From Candidatus Anstonellales archaeon (GTDB lineage: Archaea; Micrarchaeota; Micrarchaeia; Anstonellales; J096), in assembly GCA_038740615.1 (NCBI GenBank), contig JAVYLQ010000008.1, positions 1 to 20,215 on the forward strand: a DNA stretch of 20,215 nt, written 5' to 3'. How positions within the stretch are numbered: position 1 is the first letter of the stretch; every line of letters starts with the position of its first letter. Positions 1-8,864 of this stretch are shown here, piece after piece. A program made the translations under genes and the position numbers. The notes under the pieces were generated by a model. The model ran no database searches. It had not been told where the DNA came from and saw only the letters and a list, made by a program, of their open reading frames with translations.

Positions 1-1581
1 TGATTCGGAAAATGTGGGTTCTATATCATCTATTGATATCGGTAGGTTATATTTTTCTATTAATCTTTTCAATTCCTTCTTTTCTTCATCATTTAATGAT
101 TTTGGGTTGTCTAATAGTTTTCTTAATTTTCTTAGCTCATTCAATTTATTATTTAATTCAGTTTTCTTTCCTAATAAGATTTTATTGGCCTCCCTAAGTG
201 CCTGAATTACCTCTCTACCTAAATCTCCTGTTGCAGCTTTCATTGCCAGTTGGAAGTGCTCAATAGTTTTTAGATCCAATCCCGCATATGCTAGAAGAGT
301 TCCTTTGGTAAAATGTTGTATTGTTAATGATAGAGCTGTTAGAAATGCACCAAAGTGTGTTATTTTTGTTTCTGGTTTTTGCTCATTTCTCTCAGTAGAA
401 TCAGTTGTTCTATCTACAACTTTCTTTGAAGCCGTTTCAATGCTCAATAAATCATTCACAAACTCATCAATTTTATTATCCACCCAGAGTAATAAGTCGT
501 TTATAAATTTAAATGGGGCGGATATAATCCCACTGATTTCATAAGCAACTCTCTTGAAACCAAATCCACTCTGCTCTTCAAAATTTGATGAAGAGGATGC
601 TTTTCCACTTTCTTGCTCAGCAATTGGTTGAGCAGATTCTTTCTGTTCTTGCTCAGTTGTATTCTCACTCATCAAATCTTCTGGAACTGTAGATTCAGAT
701 TTCTTCTTATTAGTACTTTTATTAACATTCTGATTAAGAACAGCTCTATCTAGAAAATCTCCAACATTTACTAATAAACTAGATGCTTGTCCAACCAATA
801 CATTTGTTTTTGTGTAAGTCTCTCCAATACTCTGAACCACACTCTTCTGAGTTAATTCTTTCTCCGCCTCATCCTGTATTGTCATTATATTATCTGGAGC
901 AAATCCCACATTTCCCTTGTTAGCGTACAACCCTATTCTATATGCATCATTAGGGTTATATATGAATTTAGAAAAGTCTAACCAACCCAAAAATCCTGGA
1001 TTCTTAGATAACCACAATCCACCTAATCCTAACAGAGCTAGAAATAGAATAGTGAGGGCATCATTATTCTGACTACCCGAGAAGTTCAAGCCCGTGAATA
1101 TATTGAATAGTTTTCCTTGTGTCCTATACCAAACTCTCCAATCTACACCATCAGGAGAGGGAATCATATCCATGTTTATATTTGTAGGACTTCCTGCACA
1201 TGGATTTAAGCTTTCTCCTGGAGGAGTCATGAATTTAACCTCAAATTCTATATAAGGATTGTTTATCGATGGATTACTTGCCAACTCTGCGGAGAATGGA
1301 AGTAGATAATAGTTTGCTGATCTAAACTGACCTACGTTTAGAGTAACATAACCATTATTACCGATTTGAAAATAACATGCCCGTTCAGTTCCATCAGATA
1401 GAGTATATCTAAATATCCCCATCATCCCCTGTGGAATATATCTTGAATTTCCATCAGTTATATTTACATAAATAGTGATCTGATTATTGTTTATACTATA
1501 GGTCGATTCTACCCCCAGAATCTGTCTGTGATCGGATATATAGGAATGAGTAATAATGATTAGAAATAGTATCCAGATCAT
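1..1581 (-). CDS. Large hypothetical membrane protein (partial, >=527 aa, runs off the left edge)
   Basis: Hand-translated open frame from ATG at 1581 to base 1 with no stop; absent from the ORF track. N-terminal MIWILFLIIITHS is signal-peptide-like. It is followed by a beta-rich domain with two Cys, a TM-like ALTILFLALLGLGGLWLS, an S/E/Q-rich linker and a helical/coiled-coil region (KKTELNNKLNELRKLRKLL). Confidence 0.85.
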   Translation of the reverse strand, partial: MIWILFLIIITHSYISDHRQILGVESTYSINNNQITIYVNITDGNSRYIPQGMMGIFRYTLSDGTERACYFQIGNNGYVTLNVGQFRSANYYLLPFSAELASNPSINNPYIEFEVKFMTPPGESLNPCAGSPTNINMDMIPSPDGVDWRVWYRTQGKLFNIFTGLNFSGSQNNDALTILFLALLGLGGLWLSKNPGFLGWLDFSKFIYNPNDAYRIGLYANKGNVGFAPDNIMTIQDEAEKELTQKSVVQSIGETYTKTNVLVGQASSLLVNVGDFLDRAVLNQNVNKSTNKKKSESTVPEDLMSENTTEQEQKESAQPIAEQESGKASSSSNFEEQSGFGFKRVAYEISGIISAPFKFINDLLLWVDNKIDEFVNDLLSIETASKKVVDRTTDSTERNEQKPETKITHFGAFLTALSLTIQHFTKGTLLAYAGLDLKTIEHFQLAMKAATGDLGREVIQALREANKILLGKKTELNNKLNELRKLRKLLDNPKSLNDEEKKELKRLIEKYNLPISIDDIEPTFSES

Positions 1582-1631
1582 AGATAATAAATTTATATTT
1601 GTTTTTTTAAAGCTATCTATCTAACTAAACT

Positions 1632-2261
1632 ATGAAGCTAGCAGCACTATATAGTGGTGGTAAAGATAGTCATCTAGCTACATCCATATATTTCGATCAA
1701 ATTGAATACTTGGTAACGATAATTCCAAAGAGCAGATTTCCGTATATGTATCACCCGATTAATCTACATATTCTTGACAGACATGCTCAGAGTATGGGTA
1801 AGGAGATTCTAAAATTTGAACAGAAGGGAGAGGATGAACTGGAGATACTAAAGGAGGCTATGGCTGAATTGAAATCACATGGTGTTACAGGGATTGTTAC
1901 TGGTGCTATAGCTAGCAATTATCAATACTCAAGAATCTTTAGATTAGCTGAACAATTCAATCTAAAGGTGATTGCCCCATTATGGCATATTGATATAGAT
2001 GATTATCTGAGACTCTATAGAGATTATGGATTAAAGGCTATTATCGTTGGTGTGTATGCGTATCCTTTGGACGATTCGTACCTATTGAGAGAATATGATA
2101 GAGAATTAGCATATTATTTTAACACAATCTCTATAAATCCGTATGGGGAGGGGGGAGAGTTCGAGACCTTTGTATATCAGAGTAATATAATGCCAAGAAT
2201 AGAATTTAGGATTAACAGAATTGAGGGGAAGAATAATTCTTGGACAGCATATTTAGAATAG
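1632..2261 (+). CDS. dph6: Diphthine--ammonia ligase (diphthamide synthase, PP-loop ATPase)
   Basis: SGGKDS PP-loop, GAIASNYQ, PLW and GEGGEFET motifs. Confidence 0.9.
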   Translation: MKLAALYSGGKDSHLATSIYFDQIEYLVTIIPKSRFPYMYHPINLHILDRHAQSMGKEILKFEQKGEDELEILKEAMAELKSHGVTGIVTGAIASNYQYSRIFRLAEQFNLKVIAPLWHIDIDDYLRLYRDYGLKAIIVGVYAYPLDDSYLLREYDRELAYYFNTISINPYGEGGEFETFVYQSNIMPRIEFRINRIEGKNNSWTAYLE

Positions 2262-2276
2262 TTTTAAAAATATATT
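2262..2276 (+). promoter_or_regulatory. Putative TATA-box promoter element upstream of EF-1alpha
   Basis: TTTTAAAAATATATT in the short intergenic gap; an identical 15-mer lies at 7815-7829. Confidence 0.55.
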
Positions 2277-2303
2277 TGATCTTAATATAAAGCGGTGAAT
2301 ACT

Positions 2304-3575
2304 ATGGCTAGAAAAGAACACCTTAATATAGTGTTTGTAGGACACGTAGATGCAGGTAAGAGCACTACTGTAGGAAGAATTCTGTATGAGACTGGTAAGG
2401 TACCAGAGCAGATAATAGCTAAGCTAAGAGAAGAGGCACAGAGATTAGGTAAGGCTACATTCGAGTTTGCTTATGTAATGGATAGGATGAAAGAGGAGAG
2501 AGAAAGAGGAGTTACTATTGATATATCCCACCAGGAATTCGAGACTAATAAGTATTTCTTCACTATTATAGATGCTCCTGGTCACAAGGATTTCGTTAAG
2601 AATATGATTACTGGAGCTTCACAAGCTGATGGAGCTGTTCTAGTTGTGTCCGCAAAGGATGGTGTTCAGCCTCAGACAATTGAGCATGCAGCTCTTCTGA
2701 AGGTTCTGGGAATCAATCAATTAATAGTTCTTATTTCAAAGATGGATGCAGTTAATTATGATAAGGCTACATATGAGAAGGTTAAGACTGATGTACAGAA
2801 TCTGCTAAAGAAATTTGCTTACAAAAATGTAGAGCAGATCCACATCATCCCCGCATCTTCATATTTTGGGGATAATCTAGTTAAAAAGTCTGATAAGATG
2901 CCTTGGTATACTGGACCTACTCTGTTTGAAGCTCTAGATACATTTACACCTCCTAAGAAACCTACAGATAAACCATTCAGGATGCCTATTCAGGATGTGT
3001 ATAATATTCAGGGATTTGGTGTGGTTGTAGTTGGTAAGATGGAGGCTGGTGTTCTTAAACCAGGTATGAAAGCCGTTATAAATCCTGGTAACTTTGTAGT
3101 TGAAGTTAAGAAAATTGAAACTCATCACCAAGAGTTACCAGAGGCAGTGCCTGGAGATAATATAGGAGTTAATGTGAAAGGTATAGAGAAGAATCAAGTA
3201 AAGAGAGGATACGTACTAGGAGATATAAATAATCCACCAACAGTAGTAAAATCCTTTAAAGCTCAGATCGCAGTATTAAATCACCCTAGTGCTATAGGAG
3301 TCGGTTATACTCCTGTATTCCATGCACATACTACACACTTCCCTGCTAAGATAGTTGAGATAATAAGCAAGCTAGACCCTAAAACTGGTCAGCCTATGAA
3401 TGAGAAAGTTGAGTTCCTAAAGAATGGAGATGTGGCAATTGTTAAGATAGAGCCCCTGAAACCAGTGGTTATAGAGAAGGCTCTAGACTACCCAGCTCTA
3501 GGTAGATTTGCAATAAGAGATATGAATCAGACAGTTGCAGCAGGTATTGTGATTGATGTGGAGAAGGCACAGTGA
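2304..3575 (+). CDS. tuf: Translation elongation factor EF-1alpha
   Basis: GHVDAGKST, ERERGVTID, DAPGHKDFVKNMITGASQAD, LGRFAIRDM. ATG 2304 is preferred over GTG 2295 because GGTGA just upstream is an SD motif. Confidence 0.98.
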   Translation: MARKEHLNIVFVGHVDAGKSTTVGRILYETGKVPEQIIAKLREEAQRLGKATFEFAYVMDRMKEERERGVTIDISHQEFETNKYFFTIIDAPGHKDFVKNMITGASQADGAVLVVSAKDGVQPQTIEHAALLKVLGINQLIVLISKMDAVNYDKATYEKVKTDVQNLLKKFAYKNVEQIHIIPASSYFGDNLVKKSDKMPWYTGPTLFEALDTFTPPKKPTDKPFRMPIQDVYNIQGFGVVVVGKMEAGVLKPGMKAVINPGNFVVEVKKIETHHQELPEAVPGDNIGVNVKGIEKNQVKRGYVLGDINNPPTVVKSFKAQIAVLNHPSAIGVGYTPVFHAHTTHFPAKIVEIISKLDPKTGQPMNEKVEFLKNGDVAIVKIEPLKPVVIEKALDYPALGRFAIRDMNQTVAAGIVIDVEKAQ

Positions 3576-3579
3576 TGAT

Positions 3580-3900
3580 ATGGCTAGTAAGATATGGATA
3601 AAAATTGAATCCGAGAATCTTGATAGTATAAAAGAGGTAGAAACTCAAATAAAACAACTGACACAGATGTATAATCTAGAGCTGAATGGCCCAATTCCTC
3701 TGCCAATCAAAGAGCTGAAAGTGACTGTTAGGAGAACTCCATGTGGGGATGGTTCTGATACATATGAGACATGGAGGAAAAGAATATATAAGCGAATTAT
3801 CATAGTTAAGGGGGAGGATAAGGATATAAGAAATGTACTGAAAATGAAAGTACCTACTGATATCAGCATAAAGGTAAAACTATTACCGGTGAGCTCATGA
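3580..3900 (+). CDS. rps10: 30S ribosomal protein S10 (uS10)
   Basis: GPIPLP and RRTPCGDGSDTYETW motifs; canonical position after EF-1alpha; start set at ATG 3580. Confidence 0.95.
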   Translation: MASKIWIKIESENLDSIKEVETQIKQLTQMYNLELNGPIPLPIKELKVTVRRTPCGDGSDTYETWRKRIYKRIIIVKGEDKDIRNVLKMKVPTDISIKVKLLPVSS

Positions 3901-4424
3901 ATCTCTGGAGAGACATCCCCCCAGGAACTCCTGACAAGGCAAATATAGTTATAGAGATCCCTAGAGGTAGTAGAAATAAGTATGAGTATAATCGGGAGAC
4001 TGGGGTAATAGAACTTGATAGAGTATTGTTCTCCTCAATGCACTACCCTACAGATTATGGTTTCATCCCACAGACATACTATGACGATGATGACCCTATA
4101 GATGCTTTATTTTTCTCCCCATTCTTCTCAGTAACCTACCCAGGAGTAGTAGTAAAGGGGAGATTGATAGGAGGGTTTAGAATGGAAGATGAGAAAGGTG
4201 TGGATGATAAGTTAATATTTGTACCCTATGAAAAAGTATTTCCTCATCAGAAGAGAGCTACTTTAGAGCATCTGTCAGATTCATTAAAAGAGGAGATTAA
4301 GTACTTCTTTAGTAGATATAAAGATTTGGAGAATAAGAAGGCTGAGTTCAAAGGATGGATTGATCTGGAGCAGGCTACACAGATATTCAATAGAGCAGTA
4401 CAACTATACAAGGAAAGGTTCTAA
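3897..4424 (+). CDS. ppa: Inorganic pyrophosphatase (family I)
   Basis: IEIPRGSRNKYEY, LDRVL, YPTDYGFIPQT, DDDPID, DEKGVDDK; ATGA overlap with rps10. Confidence 0.95.
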   Translation: MNLWRDIPPGTPDKANIVIEIPRGSRNKYEYNRETGVIELDRVLFSSMHYPTDYGFIPQTYYDDDDPIDALFFSPFFSVTYPGVVVKGRLIGGFRMEDEKGVDDKLIFVPYEKVFPHQKRATLEHLSDSLKEEIKYFFSRYKDLENKKAEFKGWIDLEQATQIFNRAVQLYKERF

Positions 4425-5348
4425 TCTGATTTTCAGCTCTTTTAATCTATTTTTATAATATTCTCCATCTATATTGAATCGATCTCTGAAAATCTCTCTA
4501 GCAATTCTATAATCGCTATCTGAAATTGATCTTATTATGTTTACCCAATTCTCCAGAGTATCCTCCTGAACTATCCATTCTTCTGGTAGTTCATCAGCTA
4601 GCCCTATGTTTCTGTAACACACACATGGCAGATGAGCACTTAAACCCTCAACAATTACATATTCAATAGCTCCTCTATCTGCTGGATGTAACAACATCTT
4701 AGAATTTTTCAGCAGATTGAATTTTGTATCCTCATTAGGATCCACCACTAATTTAACATTATCGTATTCCTTACTCATATTAAGAATATGCCTAAAGTAC
4801 CTCTGATCCGATGAGGGTTTGGTGATTATTACAAAATTCTCATCTCTTAATATATTTGCGATTCTGAATACCAGTTCCAATCTCTTGATAGGGTGAGCTC
4901 TGGCTATAGTTGTTATATACAACCTCCTACTATTCCCTACTTCCTCCCTAGCAGGAGGCATATGTAAATTATCCAAACCTAATGATTGGAAATATCTACT
5001 ACTTCTCATAGTAGATGTGATAAGAATAGCTTTTGGATGTTTGTATACTACTTTGAACAGATTCCTAGTGATTTTATCTATAACTCTATTCTTGTTCCAA
5101 CTCTCTTCCATATACAATACTACTCTATTTTTGAATAACAATTCTAGAGATCTGGGATTGATCAGGAATGAATGAGATAGATGGAATATATAATTATCTC
5201 TTATATCTCTGATAGCTATATAACTATTCCCTAAGTCTATATTATACAATACCTTGTCTAACCTGTCAATATTGAATCCAATTGTTTCAAGAGCTCTATA
5301 AATACTATAATAAACTGGATGATCTCCTATATATGATATCAATTTCAT
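4404..5348 (-). CDS. Glycosyltransferase, GT-B fold (GT4-like, divergent)
   Basis: C-terminal IARAHPIKRLE and LLHPADRGAIEYVIVEGLSAHLPCV resemble the GT4 nucleotide-sugar binding segments. Confidence 0.7.
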   Translation of the reverse strand: MKLISYIGDHPVYYSIYRALETIGFNIDRLDKVLYNIDLGNSYIAIRDIRDNYIFHLSHSFLINPRSLELLFKNRVVLYMEESWNKNRVIDKITRNLFKVVYKHPKAILITSTMRSSRYFQSLGLDNLHMPPAREEVGNSRRLYITTIARAHPIKRLELVFRIANILRDENFVIITKPSSDQRYFRHILNMSKEYDNVKLVVDPNEDTKFNLLKNSKMLLHPADRGAIEYVIVEGLSAHLPCVCYRNIGLADELPEEWIVQEDTLENWVNIIRSISDSDYRIAREIFRDRFNIDGEYYKNRLKELKIRLEPFLV

Positions 5349-6298
5349 AAGTAACTCATTTCGATTATCATGGCTACTAATTGAATATAGGGATTAGTAC
5401 CTATAGTTATTCTGTAGTGATACTCAGAGATTATTCTAGTTAAATTTGCTCTACGGGTTTCATCCATATTTGGATATAAATCTATGGCTCTGAGTAATCC
5501 TTGGATAATCTCTTCTGGATCATTCCCCTCCTCTAATAGTGATATAATTTTCTCCCTAGCTTCAGTCCGTTTCTTAGCTAAGATTAATGATAACAACTCT
5601 TTAGCTCTCTCTATTCCAACTTTACCAGAAATTTTCTCTATCAGATTCTCATCTATAATATTACCATTACTTGCATAATGGGCACTCTGGAGTATTGTTA
5701 TTATCTTTCTCAAATCCTCTCTAGCGATCTCTATCAGACTTCTCTTAGCATCCTCAGTTATCAATACTTTCTCCGTCTGTATTATTCTGTCAACTAACTT
5801 TTCAATCTGATCAATTGGTAGAGGTGCAAATCTGATCACAGCTACTCTGCTCTGGATAGGGGGAATGATTCTGTTTATGTAATTGCAGCTAAGAATGAAC
5901 CTTGTATACTTAGAATATAACTCCATCATCCTTCTTAGGGCCTGCTGAGCATCTGTGGTTAGAGCATCAGCTTCATCTAAGAATACGATTTTGAAACCTA
6001 CTTCATTATCAGGTAATAGCTTTGCAAATTCCTTTACTTTATCCCTTATCGTATCTATCCCCCTCTCATCACTTGCATTCAGCTCTAGGAAATTACCAGA
6101 CAGCTTATCGTTATAGAATGCTCTAGCTAGTATTAATGCTGTGGTGGTTTTTCCTGTTGAAGGAGGACCTGCAAACAGAAGATGTGGGATATCTTTCCTT
6201 CTAATAAATCCAGTTATTAGTTCTTTGATACTTTCACTACCTAAGAGTTCATCAACCGTTTTTGGTCGGTATTTTTCTATCCAAGGTATATTACTCAT
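5345..6298 (-). CDS. rfcS: Replication factor C small subunit
   Basis: PWIEKYRP, GPPSTGKTT, LELNASDERGID, LDEADALT, AQQALRR, IQSR. Confidence 0.96.
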   Translation of the reverse strand: MSNIPWIEKYRPKTVDELLGSESIKELITGFIRRKDIPHLLFAGPPSTGKTTTALILARAFYNDKLSGNFLELNASDERGIDTIRDKVKEFAKLLPDNEVGFKIVFLDEADALTTDAQQALRRMMELYSKYTRFILSCNYINRIIPPIQSRVAVIRFAPLPIDQIEKLVDRIIQTEKVLITEDAKRSLIEIAREDLRKIITILQSAHYASNGNIIDENLIEKISGKVGIERAKELLSLILAKKRTEAREKIISLLEEGNDPEEIIQGLLRAIDLYPNMDETRRANLTRIISEYHYRITIGTNPYIQLVAMIIEMSYL

Positions 6299-6327
6299 GA
6301 TTTATATTGAGTGGCCATGTTTTAAAA

Positions 6328-6735
6328 TCATATCACAGAAATAACAATGTCCCCGTCAACATTAGTAATGTTCAATACTATATTCCCAACAATTCGTCCA
6401 GAGGTGATATTAACTCTAAATGGATAGATTTTGACAATATCTCCATAATCAGATATATTGAATATCATTATAGTATTATTACCCTGGTGTCTCACTGTGA
6501 TACTCTCCAATTTTATAGGATAATCGTATTTCTTAACAATGTAACTACCATTCCCTTGATACTTTATATTTTTTATATCGGAATCTAAATCAATTATCCA
6601 ATTAGCCGAATTCAGATTGTTTACATTATTCATCATAGAAGCATACTCTGACAGGATCAGAGAGATTATTGGTAAGATTAGAACTAATATAACACCAATT
6701 AATAGGAAATATTCTGTAGCTATCTGAGCCCTCAT
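6328..6735 (-). CDS. Class III signal peptide (type IV pilin-like) protein
   Basis: MRA/QIATEY followed by a long hydrophobic helix: prepilin-peptidase-type site with Gln at +1 and Glu at +5. Confidence 0.8.
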   Translation of the reverse strand: MRAQIATEYFLLIGVILVLILPIISLILSEYASMMNNVNNLNSANWIIDLDSDIKNIKYQGNGSYIVKKYDYPIKLESITVRHQGNNTIMIFNISDYGDIVKIYPFRVNITSGRIVGNIVLNITNVDGDIVISVI

Positions 6736-6757
6736 GCTATTTTTATCAATCTTCTAT

Positions 6758-7792
6758 TTAAATATCTGTATCAACATTTTTCTTACCTTTCTTCTTTCTT
6801 GATATTCGATTCATTATAATCCCTATTAAATTTCTTATTAGAATACCTGGATCATGAGCTACATCTTCAGCTATCAATATAGGGTAATTATCGCTGTGTA
6901 CTGTTAATTTCCCCTCATATATTTTGGACTTTTTGAATCTTGCTGTGATTCTAGGATTTTTTAGCATTCTGTTAAGCTTATTCTCAAATTCCACTAGCTC
7001 CCTCATTACCATGCTGTAACTATATCCGTCGTTTAGTCCAAATATACTTATATTTGATGTGGTATATCTAAGGTTTCTAAGGACCATTCTTAGAACATCT
7101 TTTCTCTTAATAACTCCTTTGATCACTCTATCATATACAACTGCAACATCATAATCAAGTACCTCTGATATAGGTGTTTTCATAGACACACTAGGTAGTT
7201 CTTTGAGTAATATATCACTGACTCTCTTAACTAATTTTCCAACTCTTTCAAAATCCTTCCTCCCTGGTCTATTAGATAGGATATCAGCTAAAAGAACCTC
7301 ATCATAAGATATAATCCCTATAGGTTTCTTCTTCTGATCTATTACTATTACATAATCTAATCCCTCTCTAAACATGAGTAGTTTGATGTTTTCCAAATCT
7401 TCCTTATCAGAAACAGTTGATATATTGGTATCCATAACATCTCTTACAGTTACATCTGAAGGTATATACCTCATAATTTCATCTTTGATCTCTGATATGT
7501 GTATTGATTTGATTGGTTTACGCTCACTATCCACCACAACTATGAACTCTCCATGCTCTAGAAGAGCTTCGATTATCTTCTGCATATTATCTAGCTCATG
7601 CTCAGTTAGAGCGACTATAGATTTAGTAACTCTCTCTACCTTGGTATTCTTATAATTCCTGTATATATTCATAGCTCTCTTGTCCACTACTCCCAAGAAT
7701 CTGCCTTCAGAATCAACCACTACCACATCTTTATCCGCAAGCACATCATTAACTATCTCCCGTATCTCCTGATCAGATCTTACTATTATCAT
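6758..7792 (-). CDS. Tandem CBS-domain protein with C-terminal HPF/RaiA-like domain (candidate ribosome hibernation factor)
   Basis: CBS signatures VVVVDSEGRFLGVV, VVVDSERKPI, TVRDVMDTNISTVS, VIVIDQKKKPIGIIS, VIKGVIKRKDVLR. The last ~95 aa follow a beta-alpha-beta-beta-beta-alpha pattern with a basic tail. Confidence 0.8.
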   Translation of the reverse strand: MIIVRSDQEIREIVNDVLADKDVVVVDSEGRFLGVVDKRAMNIYRNYKNTKVERVTKSIVALTEHELDNMQKIIEALLEHGEFIVVVDSERKPIKSIHISEIKDEIMRYIPSDVTVRDVMDTNISTVSDKEDLENIKLLMFREGLDYVIVIDQKKKPIGIISYDEVLLADILSNRPGRKDFERVGKLVKRVSDILLKELPSVSMKTPISEVLDYDVAVVYDRVIKGVIKRKDVLRMVLRNLRYTTSNISIFGLNDGYSYSMVMRELVEFENKLNRMLKNPRITARFKKSKIYEGKLTVHSDNYPILIAEDVAHDPGILIRNLIGIIMNRISRKKKGKKNVDTDI

Positions 7793-7814
7793 ACTCTTAT
7801 TCTTAAGAAAAAAC

Positions 7815-7829
7815 TTTTAAAAATATATT
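7815..7829 (+). promoter_or_regulatory. Putative BRE/TATA promoter in the divergent CBS / rpoE1 gap
   Basis: Purine-rich AAGAAAAAAC precedes TTTTAAAAATATATT; same 15-mer as at 2262. Confidence 0.55.
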
Positions 7830-7854
7830 CACTCTATAAAGATGGGTGAGTTTA

Positions 7855-8427
7855 GTGTATAGAGTAGTCGAGGTTGAAGAGTATGTTAGAATTCCTCCAT
7901 CGATGCTGAAGATGAATAAAGAGGAGGCTGTTAAGGAAGTTCTAATCAGCCAATATAAGAATAAATATACTGATGCATTTGGATTAGTATTGGATATAAT
8001 TGATATAAAAGTGGAGCAGGAAAATGTAATCGTAATAAACGATCCTAAGATATATTTCAAAACCAGATTTAAGATACTATCGTTTACAATCGATAGGCGT
8101 GAAGTAATGTTAGGTATAGTTAAGGATATAGTTGATTATGGTGCCTTTGTGCTAATAGGTCCTTTTGAAGGTCTAGTTAATATTGCGCAGATATCTGATG
8201 AGAAATTCACTTTTAATAAGGAGAAAAAGAGATTAGAGAATGCCGATAAAACTAAAACAGTAGAAATAGGGGATAAATTATATGTTAAAGTAGGAACAGT
8301 ATCTATGAGAGATGGTCCTGCCAAAGCAAAAATATCGTTATCATGCAGGGGACCGGGTTTGGGGAATCTGAAATGGATAGAGGAGATTCAAACTCCAAAG
8401 AATAGTAAAAAGGGGAGAAGTAAATGA
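7855..8427 (+). CDS. rpoE1: DNA-directed RNA polymerase subunit E' (Rpo7)
   Basis: VRIPP, DYGAFVLIGPFEGLVNIAQI S1 domain, GPGLGNLKWI. Start GTG 7855 follows a GGTGA SD (alternative GTG 7846). Confidence 0.95.
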   Translation: MYRVVEVEEYVRIPPSMLKMNKEEAVKEVLISQYKNKYTDAFGLVLDIIDIKVEQENVIVINDPKIYFKTRFKILSFTIDRREVMLGIVKDIVDYGAFVLIGPFEGLVNIAQISDEKFTFNKEKKRLENADKTKTVEIGDKLYVKVGTVSMRDGPAKAKISLSCRGPGLGNLKWIEEIQTPKNSKKGRSK

Positions 8428-8603
8428 AAGCTTGTAAGAATTGTAAAGCTATTGTTTATGAAAAGAAATGTCATGTGTGTGGAAGTACTAACTTAGCAAA
8501 GAAATTCTCCGGTCTGATAATAATCTTAGATGAGCAAAATTCTATAATATCTAGAAAGCTAAACCTGAAACAGGGAGAATGGGCAGCTCAGATAGATGAA
8601 TAG
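8424..8603 (+). CDS. spt4: Transcription elongation factor Spt4 (RpoE'')
   Basis: Hand-translated, 59 aa: MKACKNCKAIVYEKKCHVCGSTNLAKKFSGLIIILDEQNSIISRKLNLKQGEWAAQIDE; ATGA overlap with rpoE1, canonical synteny. Confidence 0.93.
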   Translation: MKACKNCKAIVYEKKCHVCGSTNLAKKFSGLIIILDEQNSIISRKLNLKQGEWAAQIDE

Positions 8604-8648
8604 CTTTAAATTAATTTAAGTAATATTAAAACTAGGAAGGTGTGTTTG

Positions 8649-8864
8649 ATGGGAAGAGGAAGAGAACCTCTGGTAACATGTGATGCATGTGGAAGAACTG
8701 TGCCCAGAGATAAAGCAGTGGAGTATGTGAAATCTTCTATTGTAGATATCGATCAGAAAGATGTAGTTATAGATCTAACCAAGAGAAAAGTATACTATTG
8801 TATTAGCTGTGCTAAACACAGGAAGATCTTCGAGAAGAAAAAGAGAATGTTTAGGAAAGAATGA
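8649..8864 (+). CDS. rps26e: 30S ribosomal protein S26e (eS26)
   Basis: GRGREPLVTCDACGRTVPRDKA and YCISCAKHRKI zinc-finger motifs; ATG 8649 after GGAAGGTG. Confidence 0.88.
   Translation: MGRGREPLVTCDACGRTVPRDKAVEYVKSSIVDIDQKDVVIDLTKRKVYYCISCAKHRKIFEKKKRMFRKE

Noticed and set aside
12..544. Short plus-strand ORFs 12..197, 14..205 and 305..544
   Set aside because: They are antisense shadows of the long minus-strand ORF 1..1581.
5345..6298. Intein in RFC small subunit; variant motifs GPPSTGKT and SRV
   Set aside because: Length is normal with no insertion, and the catalytic Lys/Thr and arginine finger are intact, so this is ordinary divergence.
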